Assembly: GCA_903917235.1 (NCBI GenBank)
Contig: CAIWZS010000413.1
Span: 342 to 64,341, forward strand
Direction of reading: 5' to 3'
From: an uncultured Planctomycetaceae bacterium
Lineage (GTDB): Bacteria > Planctomycetota > Planctomycetia > Pirellulales > UBA1268
Length of the DNA: 64,000 nucleotides
Below are positions 1 through 7,857 of the stretch, one piece after another. A program made the translations under genes and the position numbers. Below the pieces are notes generated by a model. That model searched no databases, was not told the origin of the DNA, and was given only the letters and a program-made list of their open reading frames with translations. Position 1 is the stretch's first letter. Every line of letters begins with the position of its first letter.

Positions 1-980
1 AAGATCGAGCCCTTGAACTGCTTGATCCGCGTGCGGAGCGCCGTGGAAAAGCCCCCCTGCCCCATCGTCTTCCAGACTTCCGAGACCAGCGGCACGAACT
101 GCTCGGGCGACTCCTTGAGGCTGGCGAGCAGCGCCGTGAAGCCGCCCCGCGGCGTGAGGCAGACGTCTTCCGAGAAAAACGTGAACAGGCAGCGGATCAG
201 AAACCAGGCCACCTGCTCCGGCTCGTAGTCCTTGGCCTCGAGCCGGCGGGCCAGCACGGCGATCCGGGCGGCGATCTCGCGGGTGACCTTGGCCGAATGA
301 CGAGCCGGGTCGAGGGCCAAGGGATCGAGCCAGAGCGTCGTGAGCCGCTCGCGGAGCCCCGCGTCGCGGAGATCGTCGAGGCTGAAGCGGTGGCTGCGGG
401 CGTCGGGAAAGGCCGTGTAGACCTTGCCCAGCCGGGAAAAGTCGGCGTAGAGCTCGAAGGAGTGGCCGATGTCGATCACGAGCAGGAACGGCGGATTGTC
501 GTCGGGCAGCGCCCGCACGTAGCCCTCGGCCTGGCCGCGGGCCGCGATCATGGAATCGTCCCAGCCGGCCGTGCCGCGGACGCTCGTGCCGCTCTTGCGG
601 CGGGCTTTGGGGGCCGCCGGATCGGCCACCGAGAGCGGGTCCTTCGCCTCCCGCGCGACCGACTGCTTCGTCTCGCAGACGAACGCGCCCTTGCGGTAGA
701 GGTCGATGTAGCCGGTAGACGTCTTGCCGTCGGGGTTCAAGAAGGTGACGGCCTTGTCGAACACGTAGCGGTTCGCCGCCTCGTCGGCCACGCTCGGGTC
801 GGGCCGTGGCACGCCGAGCACGTCGCACAGCTCGGCCAGAAAGAGCTGGTAGTTGGCCCGCTCGGCTCCGGCACTGGCACCCCAGCGGGTGATGAACGCC
901 TCGAGGTCGGCCGGCGCGGCGGCGGCCCCCTGCCCTGCCCGCTGCCCGGTTTCGCTGCGCTCACGCATGCGCGGCAGCAT
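1..980 (-). CDS. MmeI-family (type IIL/IIG) restriction endonuclease / N6-adenine DNA methyltransferase, N-terminal part only (3' end lies left of the window)
   Basis: Absent from the ORF track because it runs off the window. My reverse-strand translation from ATG 980 (alternative ATG 968) stays open to nt 1. It reads MLPRMRERSETGQ..LEAFITRWGASAGAERANYQLFLAELCDVLGV..GYIDLYRKGAFVCETKQ..PPFLLVIDIGHSFELYADF..WFLIRCLFTFFSEDVCL. This is colinear with the N-terminus of the 962-aa protein at 55988-58876 (D..ExK nuclease motif plus helical linker). Confidence 0.6.
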   Translation of the reverse strand, partial: MLPRMRERSETGQRAGQGAAAAPADLEAFITRWGASAGAERANYQLFLAELCDVLGVPRPDPSVADEAANRYVFDKAVTFLNPDGKTSTGYIDLYRKGAFVCETKQSVAREAKDPLSVADPAAPKARRKSGTSVRGTAGWDDSMIAARGQAEGYVRALPDDNPPFLLVIDIGHSFELYADFSRLGKVYTAFPDARSHRFSLDDLRDAGLRERLTTLWLDPLALDPARHSAKVTREIAARIAVLARRLEAKDYEPEQVAWFLIRCLFTFFSEDVCLTPRGGFTALLASLKESPEQFVPLVSEVWKTMGQGGFSTALRTRIKQFKGSI

Positions 981-1146
981 ACCCGCTCCCGCGGGGGGCG
1001 TGCTGAGCCGTAAGCGGTTGAATCGCTCGCGCGGAGATAGACTGCCGGGTCTGCCGGCTTCGGCGATGGCTGCAGAAGGAATCTCATGCCGTCGGCCTGA
1101 TGGGATGACGTGTTGCAGCGTCGGCCGTGCCTCGGAGGGGAACGCC

Positions 1147-3159
1147 ATGAAGCAAGCCGCCGGAAGCCGTGCCCGCCGACGCCGCAAGTGGCGACCGATC
1201 ACGATCGAGTGCCTGGAGCCACGGCACCTCCTGTCGGCCGAGCAGCTTCGTGGCGGCTCCCTCGTGGATCAGGCTGATCGTGTCGACGTGATTCATGCCT
1301 CGACGTTCGACACAGGGCCGGTGGTCGGAGTGACCTCGACGCCCTTGCTGCGACCGACGACCAGAGCCGTCGACGGCACGCCGCCGCGCATCGTCGCGGT
1401 CTCCGTTCCCGCCGCACGTTCATTCGCGGCCGGTGCCTCGATCCGCATCGCCGTCCGCTTCAGCGAGCAGGTCGGGCTCGTCACTCCGGGCCCCGGCTCG
1501 AGTCCGGTCCTGCCTGTCACTGTCGACAACGTCACGCTCTCCGCCTTGTTCGGCCGTGCCGTCGGCAGGACGCAACTCGCCTTCACGCTGACGGTGCCGG
1601 ACGGTGTCGACGGGCTGCTCGAGACCGCCGGGCCCGTCACATTACCACCCGGGACGACGCTCTCCGATGCCGCCGGCAATCCGGCCGCGCTCGAACTGCC
1701 CGCCGCTGCCTTGGCGACGCTCGGCCGAATTCGCGTGGACGGCGTGGCTCCGACCGCCGTCGACTTCTCCGCCCCGACGTTGGATGCCTCCGGCCGGGCC
1801 GCCACGATCGTCGTCCGCATGAGCGAGCCGGTCGTCGTGCGCGGCAGCCCGATGATCCGGGCCGTCGTCGGCGGAACGCTCCGATCGCTCAGGTACACGG
1901 CCGGAACCGGAACCGACCGACTCGCCTTCACGTATCGATCGCCGAGCAGCCTGCGATCGACCGGCATCGTCTCGGAGGATGCCATCCGCGTCGGCGGCCG
2001 GGCGGCCATCCGTGACCGGGCGGGGAACGCTTACGGATCCACCGGTTCCGTGGGGGGCGTGACGACCGTCGACGGCGCCCCTGCTGCCCAACGCACGGTC
2101 CACCTCCTCGACGGGCTGACGCTCACGCGCGTGCGATCGACCACGACGACCGACGAAGGTCGATACGCGTTCGACGACGTTCCCTCCGGTCGCTACGTCG
2201 TCATCGGCGAAGGTGGCCTCGGAGGTGTGGCCACGCCCGTGGATGTCGGGAGCGGCAGCCGGGAGGTGGATGTCGCGTCCCTCGGAGACGAGGTCTTCGA
2301 CCCGATCGCGATCGATTCGAGGCCGTGCTGCCAGCCCGGCGTGGGCGTGTACGTCATCGACGACCCCGCTGAAGGACAGGGGCTCATACCCGTCGACATG
2401 GACGCCGCCCGAAACCATTTCTCGGCGCTCGTCGACGGCGTCCGCGATGCGGGGGAGGTACCCTACCGCGTCGTCAATCGTATTTCCCGAGTGGACGAAC
2501 GGCGGCGAGTGGATTTCACGCTGTTCATCATGCCTTGGGCGGACACGTTTCGGCTCGTCGACGTGGACACCGGCCGCATCGTGGATGCCGGTTGGCTCGA
2601 CGAGACGTCGCTGACCGGCTATCTCACCGAGGGAATTCTCGAACACCTGCTCCTGCCCGCGGAGGGCGAGGCACCACGCGAAATCGAAGGAACGGACACG
2701 TTTGCCGATCGTGCCGGCGGACCGCACCACCGGCATGTGACGACGACATCATCGGAGCTCTTCCTGGGAGGCTTGCTCGTCTACGGAGCGTTCGCTGGCC
2801 GACACGGAATCCTGTTCGGACGCGATAGTGATGCGGTGATCGAACGCGTCACGATCGTCGCCGAGGACTACACGGGCGTGGACGTCGACGGACGCCCCGG
2901 CACGACGGTCGTCTTTCTCGGATGCGATGCGTTGGGCGTCTGGCAGAAGGTGGAGGTCGGCGTCGTGCGGCCGAACGGCCAGGCCGAGCCGGGAGTCGTG
3001 ATCGACTCGGCGCAGCATGGGCTCGTGCGGGTCGACGCCGTCGTGCTCATCAGCTACGAAGCCATCTTTCGCAGCCTGACGTTCCACGGGAAGGAACGCT
3101 GCTCTACCGCACCTGACGCTGCAACGAGCGCGAGCGCCGGGTGTGGCTGCACGGCGTAG
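1147..3159 (+). CDS. secreted repeat protein with R-rich/LEPRHLLS N-terminus and a carboxypeptidase-regulatory-like segment
   Basis: In-frame part of track ORF 853-3159. ATG 1147 gives MKQAAGSRARRRRKWRPITIECLEPRHLLSA, and a later stretch reads TTDEGRYAFDDVPSGRYVV. The upstream 98 codons of the track ORF are Arg/Ala-rich and run into the intergenic region shared with the divergent upstream gene. Confidence 0.6.
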   Translation: MKQAAGSRARRRRKWRPITIECLEPRHLLSAEQLRGGSLVDQADRVDVIHASTFDTGPVVGVTSTPLLRPTTRAVDGTPPRIVAVSVPAARSFAAGASIRIAVRFSEQVGLVTPGPGSSPVLPVTVDNVTLSALFGRAVGRTQLAFTLTVPDGVDGLLETAGPVTLPPGTTLSDAAGNPAALELPAAALATLGRIRVDGVAPTAVDFSAPTLDASGRAATIVVRMSEPVVVRGSPMIRAVVGGTLRSLRYTAGTGTDRLAFTYRSPSSLRSTGIVSEDAIRVGGRAAIRDRAGNAYGSTGSVGGVTTVDGAPAAQRTVHLLDGLTLTRVRSTTTTDEGRYAFDDVPSGRYVVIGEGGLGGVATPVDVGSGSREVDVASLGDEVFDPIAIDSRPCCQPGVGVYVIDDPAEGQGLIPVDMDAARNHFSALVDGVRDAGEVPYRVVNRISRVDERRRVDFTLFIMPWADTFRLVDVDTGRIVDAGWLDETSLTGYLTEGILEHLLLPAEGEAPREIEGTDTFADRAGGPHHRHVTTTSSELFLGGLLVYGAFAGRHGILFGRDSDAVIERVTIVAEDYTGVDVDGRPGTTVVFLGCDALGVWQKVEVGVVRPNGQAEPGVVIDSAQHGLVRVDAVVLISYEAIFRSLTFHGKERCSTAPDAATSASAGCGCTA

Positions 3160-3208
3160 AGCGCATCCGGCGGACGCGGCGTTGTGCATCGAATTCCGTG
3201 GATGCGTA

Positions 3209-4783
3209 TCACGCCACGCTCACGGTCTCGAACTCCTCGTGCGGCGGGACGACACCGTCGGCAAGCATCTCCAGCCGCAAGCGGTCCTGGCCGCGGCGGC
3301 CGCCGGAGAGCACGACAGGGCCCGGCGCGGCGGGCATGCGCACGCCGCTGAGCCTGAGCGAGTCATCGCCCGCCGCCAGGAGGACGAAGAGCCGGGAGCG
3401 GGCGATGGTATTGCCCATCTCGACGGTGTCGTCGCCCGCGCCGGTCTCGATGCGCGCGTCTCCCCCGACCTGCACGGTCGTCAGCATCGCCACGTCATCC
3501 CCCCCGCCCGTCTGCACACGAAGATGGCGGCTCACCTCCGTCTCGGTGATCGTGACCTCGTCGTCGGCCATGCCGGTCGTCACCATGAGGTCACGCTCCA
3601 CCTCGAGCCCCCGCACGCGCACGCTGCTCGTCGTGGCGAAGGACCGGATCACGACATCCCGGCCCACACGGCTCCCGGCGATGAGCTCCATCGACGCGAC
3701 GAGGCTGCCAGCCGGCTTGGCGACGACGAGATCACCCCTCACGAGCATCGAGGCCCCGAGCGGTGCATCGCCCCATCCCACGCCCCATCGCACATCGAGA
3801 CGGTCCTCGCCAGTCCCCATGCCGATCACCACGTTGCGCGACGTGCTGACCGACCCGGTGACGACGACGCGGTCGTCTCCGGGTCCGGCAGCGACAGCCA
3901 GTCCGCCGTCCATCGCCACGGAGCCCGCGAGCCCGATGCGATCGGCGTGTGCCCCGCCGACGAGCGTCGTGGCACCGAGCACCTGCACACCGTCGGCCAC
4001 CATGATCTCGTCATCACCCAGCCCGCCCGCAAGGCGCATGGCCCCGCGGACGCTGACGAGCGATGCAATCAAGACCTGGTCCTTGCCTGCGCCCCCGACG
4101 AGTGACAGCCGGCGACCGACCTCGACTCCGTTCGTGGCAACCATCCTGTCGGCCCCGGCACCCCCATCGATGCAGACATCGAGCAGCGCGCCGCTGCCTA
4201 GCAGACCGACGAGGTCGTCCCCGTCACCAGCCGTGACCAGGATGCTGCTGAACGAACGTACGCCTCGCAGGAGGATCTCGTCGTTCCCGCCGCCGGCGCG
4301 AATCGTGACCATGCCTCCGACCTCCACGGAGCCCGCGGTCATCGAGTCGTTCCCGTCGCCGAGGTCGACGTCGAGCCGGCCGAGCGTCGTGGCAGGCGCG
4401 CCCCCCTCGTCGAGGGTGCCGAACTCCACCGCATCGTCGCCACCAGCCATCCGCACGCGGATCTCTCGAATCGGCGTGCGGAGCGTCGTCCCGACCCCCA
4501 CGATCCCATCCGGTCCGCGAATGGCGGTGACCAACGGTTCCTGCTGCAGCGCGACGACGGAAATCAGTCCCCTGTCTCCGCGACGGATCCCGACGGCGTT
4601 GGCGTCGTGATCGCCGGTGACGGTGAGCACATCGCCGCTGACCGCCACGCTGACGAGGCCGGCGAGGGCGAGACGAGATTCGAGCCGTTCCGCGGCGAGC
4701 GTGACTCGGCGGCGTGCCGCGTGCCTGGGGGCGGCGGACTGACGAAACCGTCGCTGCGGCGGGAATGGACGGACGGGGAACAT
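3209..4783 (-). CDS. secreted RTX-like beta-roll repeat protein (about 14 GGxGxD-type repeats)
   Basis: Track ORF of 524 aa. The N-terminus is RRRVTLAAERLESRLALAG. Repeats recur along the protein: AGGDDAVEF, LGDGNDSM, AGGGNDEIL, AGDGDDLVG, GGAGKDQVL, TGGGDDVAM, TGAGDDTVE and others. Confidence 0.65.
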   Translation of the reverse strand: MFPVRPFPPQRRFRQSAAPRHAARRRVTLAAERLESRLALAGLVSVAVSGDVLTVTGDHDANAVGIRRGDRGLISVVALQQEPLVTAIRGPDGIVGVGTTLRTPIREIRVRMAGGDDAVEFGTLDEGGAPATTLGRLDVDLGDGNDSMTAGSVEVGGMVTIRAGGGNDEILLRGVRSFSSILVTAGDGDDLVGLLGSGALLDVCIDGGAGADRMVATNGVEVGRRLSLVGGAGKDQVLIASLVSVRGAMRLAGGLGDDEIMVADGVQVLGATTLVGGAHADRIGLAGSVAMDGGLAVAAGPGDDRVVVTGSVSTSRNVVIGMGTGEDRLDVRWGVGWGDAPLGASMLVRGDLVVAKPAGSLVASMELIAGSRVGRDVVIRSFATTSSVRVRGLEVERDLMVTTGMADDEVTITETEVSRHLRVQTGGGDDVAMLTTVQVGGDARIETGAGDDTVEMGNTIARSRLFVLLAAGDDSLRLSGVRMPAAPGPVVLSGGRRGQDRLRLEMLADGVVPPHEEFETVSVA

Positions 4784-4863
4784 GGGCGGGCTCCTCGGGT
4801 GCCGGGCCGATTCCCCTGACGAATCGTCCCGACACTCTGTGAAGCGCGGCCGCGGAGAAAACG

Positions 4864-7146
4864 TTACCGCCGCGTGGAATCGATTCCGCGTCCCACCCCC
4901 CTGCCCCGGCTGTCGGTGGCGATCGCCTCGGCCGGCCGACCCCCCGCGATCAGGGCCGTCACGTCGGCGGCGATCTCACCATAGGCCCAGAAGCTGAACG
5001 CCAGGCCCACCAGACCGGCGAACGTGAGCAGCACGAGGGCGGGCCGGTCGTCCGAGCCGAGCAGAAACATCAGCGCCATGGTCACCAGCGGTGCGCCGCC
5101 GGCCATCAGGAGGTACCAGCCGCTGCGGCGGCTGACGGCGGCGAGTTCCACCTCGTCGTCATGGTCGCGTCGCGGGTCGATCAGGGCCGGGTAGATCGAC
5201 CGGAGCACCAGCAGGGTCATCAGGAAGAACGTGTACGCGGCGGCCATCAGCCCGCAGACGAACGACGACTGCAGGAACAGCAGCCACATCGGCAGCGGAG
5301 GCACGCCCACCTGCGCGGTGAACAGCAGGGCGCCGCCGACCCCGCAGGTGATCCACAGGCCGACCGCGATCCAGGTCATGCGATCGGCGAAATCCAAGCT
5401 GTGGCGCCGCAGATACTCGAGCGCAGGAGCATCGAGGCCAGTGGTGCGGCCCTGCAGCCGCAGCACGATTCTCGCCATCATTCGCCACCCGATCCATGCG
5501 CCGAACGGGAACGCGATCAGGTTGACGATCCCCACGGCGACGTAGAACGCGGTGACGGCTGCCCCGTGGCCGGCGACGAGATCGCCGCGCGCGTAGAAGG
5601 CGTCGAGAATCCGCCGCTGGTGGAGGTTGTTCGCGATCGCCAGCAGCAGGTTGGGGAGGACCATGCAGACGGTGGCCGCCTCGAAGGGCCGCCGCCGCGC
5701 GAACGGACGCCATCCTCCGCGCGGCGACGCGAGCAGGCCTCTGGCCCGCGGCTGGCCCACGAGCGCGAGCTGACGGGCGAGTTCCGCGCCGTCCACCGGT
5801 CGCGCCGTCCGGTCCGCACGGAGGCACGCGCACAGGACCTCGGCGAGCGCGCCAGCCGTCCGATCGGAGGGGTCGATCTCGACCCTCATGTCTTCCCGCT
5901 GCCGCAGCGCGAGCATCTCACCGATGGCCAGAGACACATCGCCTGCGGTCGGCCGATCGGGGAACGGGCGCCGCCCGGTGAGGAGTTCAACGAGCAGGAC
6001 CGCGAGCGAGAAGAGGTCCGTGCGGCCGTCCAGGTCGTCCGCTGACCGCTGATGACGCGCATCGAACGCCTCGAGGTGCTCGGGCGACATGTAGGCGAGG
6101 CTGCCGCCGAAATAGGCCGCCGGGCCGTGTGACGGGTGACCGGCGAGCGAACTGGTGTTGAAGTCGCCGAGGTGCGCCGTGCCGTCGGCACCGAGCAGCA
6201 CGTTGGCCGGTTTCACGTCGCGGTGCAACACCCCCGCCGCGTGCGCATGGGCGAGCGCGTCGGCGAGCTGGATGCCGATGCGCACGACCACGGCCGACCA
6301 GGGCATGCGGGCGAGACTCGCGAGCGCCGGCGAGTCGGTCGCCAGCCCCAGTCCGGATCCTGCGGTCGCCTCGCGGATCGCCTCGACGAGGATCGCCCCG
6401 GTGCGGTCGCGGGCCGGCGTGCGGCGCACGCGTTCGACCACCTGCGCGAGCGTGCCACCGGGCAGAAACTGCTCGTAGATCAGCCGCACGGCCGGCCGTC
6501 CTGCGACGGGCGGCAGACGCCGCTGGTCATGGACCCGCACGACGTGCGGATGATCGAGCTGGGCTAGCGTGCGCGCCTCCTCGCCGCGGTCGCCGGAGAC
6601 CTTGAGGGCGACGATCCGGCCCATCGACACCTGCCGGGCGAGGTACACGGTCGCGAAGGTGCCGCTGCCGACTTCCGCGAGAACCTGGAAATCATCGACG
6701 ATCTGGCCCGGCTGGAACGTCGCACGCCCGACATCGCTCGCGAAGCTGGTCGTCATCGTGCGCTCACCGGCACCCAGCCACCGCCAGATCTCCGCGGCCC
6801 GGCCCGGGAACCGGCGCCGGAGCTCGTCGAGTTCGACCGACTCGCCGAGCGACCGACGGAGGTGGTACTCCTCGCAGATCAATTCGACGGGAGGCCCGGC
6901 GGCCTCGGCGATCTCCGCATGGTCGACGAGGTAGTCTTCGATCCGCGCGGGCCGACCGCCACGCATCCGAAACTCCAGATCGACCTTCACGAGCTCGACG
7001 AGCACGAGACGCCGCAGTGGGATCGGATCGGCGGGCAGATGGTCGGCGATCGTCGGATCATCGCCCGCCTTCCACGCAGCGACGAAGACCTCGAGCCGCT
7101 CGGCCACGACGTCCCAGATCGCGGTCTGTTCGATCCCGGGGGTCAC
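4864..7146 (-). CDS. Ser/Thr protein kinase with a planctomycete-type N-terminal helical region and a polytopic C-terminal membrane domain
   Basis: Track ORF 4864-7536. Kinase motifs present: VALKVS, HRDVKPANVLL, GDFN (variant DFG) and YMSPEHL. The C-terminal ~300 aa contain several hydrophobic helices. The start was trimmed to GTG 7146 (VTPGIEQTAIWDVV..) because the longer ORF overlaps the divergent sigma-factor gene. The start is uncertain. Confidence 0.72.
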   Translation of the reverse strand: MTPGIEQTAIWDVVAERLEVFVAAWKAGDDPTIADHLPADPIPLRRLVLVELVKVDLEFRMRGGRPARIEDYLVDHAEIAEAAGPPVELICEEYHLRRSLGESVELDELRRRFPGRAAEIWRWLGAGERTMTTSFASDVGRATFQPGQIVDDFQVLAEVGSGTFATVYLARQVSMGRIVALKVSGDRGEEARTLAQLDHPHVVRVHDQRRLPPVAGRPAVRLIYEQFLPGGTLAQVVERVRRTPARDRTGAILVEAIREATAGSGLGLATDSPALASLARMPWSAVVVRIGIQLADALAHAHAAGVLHRDVKPANVLLGADGTAHLGDFNTSSLAGHPSHGPAAYFGGSLAYMSPEHLEAFDARHQRSADDLDGRTDLFSLAVLLVELLTGRRPFPDRPTAGDVSLAIGEMLALRQREDMRVEIDPSDRTAGALAEVLCACLRADRTARPVDGAELARQLALVGQPRARGLLASPRGGWRPFARRRPFEAATVCMVLPNLLLAIANNLHQRRILDAFYARGDLVAGHGAAVTAFYVAVGIVNLIAFPFGAWIGWRMMARIVLRLQGRTTGLDAPALEYLRRHSLDFADRMTWIAVGLWITCGVGGALLFTAQVGVPPLPMWLLFLQSSFVCGLMAAAYTFFLMTLLVLRSIYPALIDPRRDHDDEVELAAVSRRSGWYLLMAGGAPLVTMALMFLLGSDDRPALVLLTFAGLVGLAFSFWAYGEIAADVTALIAGGRPAEAIATDSRGRGVGRGIDSTRR

Positions 7147-7239
7147 GCTACGGGCCTCCCGGCCGGTGGTCGTGCGCCGCCCTCGCGGCCCAACGACGCC
7201 ATGATGATACGCCCCGCGTCCGGAGGTAGCATCCGTCCC

Positions 7240-7839
7240 ATGAACACCGACCCTCACCCAGTGCGGTGGACCGATCCGGAGGCTGTCGCCGCCTGCGTGG
7301 AGGCCCACCGTCCGCGCCTGCTCGCATTCGTCGCGCACCGCATGGGGCCGGCGCTCCGGCAGCGGCTCGATCCGGACGACATCGTCCAGGAGGTGAGCCT
7401 CGCCGCCGTGCGACCGGCGCACGCCCCCGCGCCGGCCGAGGCGCCGCAGCGCGAGCCGTTCGCCTGGCTGTGCCATGTCGCCGAGCAGCGCATCATCGAC
7501 GCGCACCGCCGGTATTTCGCCACGACGAAACGACATGCAGGCCGGGAGGTCTCGATCGACGCTCGCCGCGAGACAGGCGACGGTGAAGGTGGTTTCGAGT
7601 CGCTCCTCGCCGTGAGCATGACCACGCCCAGCCAGGCGATGTCGCGTGACGCGAAAGAGTTTCGCCTGGCCCTGGCGATCGAATCACTCCCGGCCGACCA
7701 GCGGAAGGTCATGCGGATGCGGTACGTGGACGGCCTCGCGACGAAGGAGATCGCCGAGCGCCTCGGCAAGTCGGACGTCGCGGTCCGCGTGATGCTCTCC
7801 CGCACCGTGCAGAAGCTGCAGCAACTGCTCGGGGACTGA
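7240..7839 (+). CDS. ECF-family RNA polymerase sigma factor
   Basis: ATG 7240 within track ORF 6862-7839. Region 2 reads DPDDIVQEVSLAA and region 4 reads RKVMRMRYVDGLATKEIAERLGKSDVAVRVMLSRTVQKL. Confidence 0.8.
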   Translation: MNTDPHPVRWTDPEAVAACVEAHRPRLLAFVAHRMGPALRQRLDPDDIVQEVSLAAVRPAHAPAPAEAPQREPFAWLCHVAEQRIIDAHRRYFATTKRHAGREVSIDARRETGDGEGGFESLLAVSMTTPSQAMSRDAKEFRLALAIESLPADQRKVMRMRYVDGLATKEIAERLGKSDVAVRVMLSRTVQKLQQLLGD

Positions 7840-7857
7840 TCCCGGCCCGAGCCCCGA

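Noticed and set aside
3141-4610. Long plus-strand ORFs (489 aa and 320 aa) antisense to the RTX-like gene. Similar long antisense or off-frame ORFs occur across the window, e.g. 297-1013, 8593-9879, 9326-11092, 11694-12701, 12283-13296, 23473-25023, 24843-26198, 30394-32760, 41045-43963, 49779-51776 and 55622-56557.
   Set aside because: In very GC-rich DNA the non-coding frames stay open by chance. These translations are dominated by Arg/Pro/Ala/Gly/Ser runs with no recognisable motifs. Each lies opposite to, or out of frame with, an ORF that has clear domain signatures.
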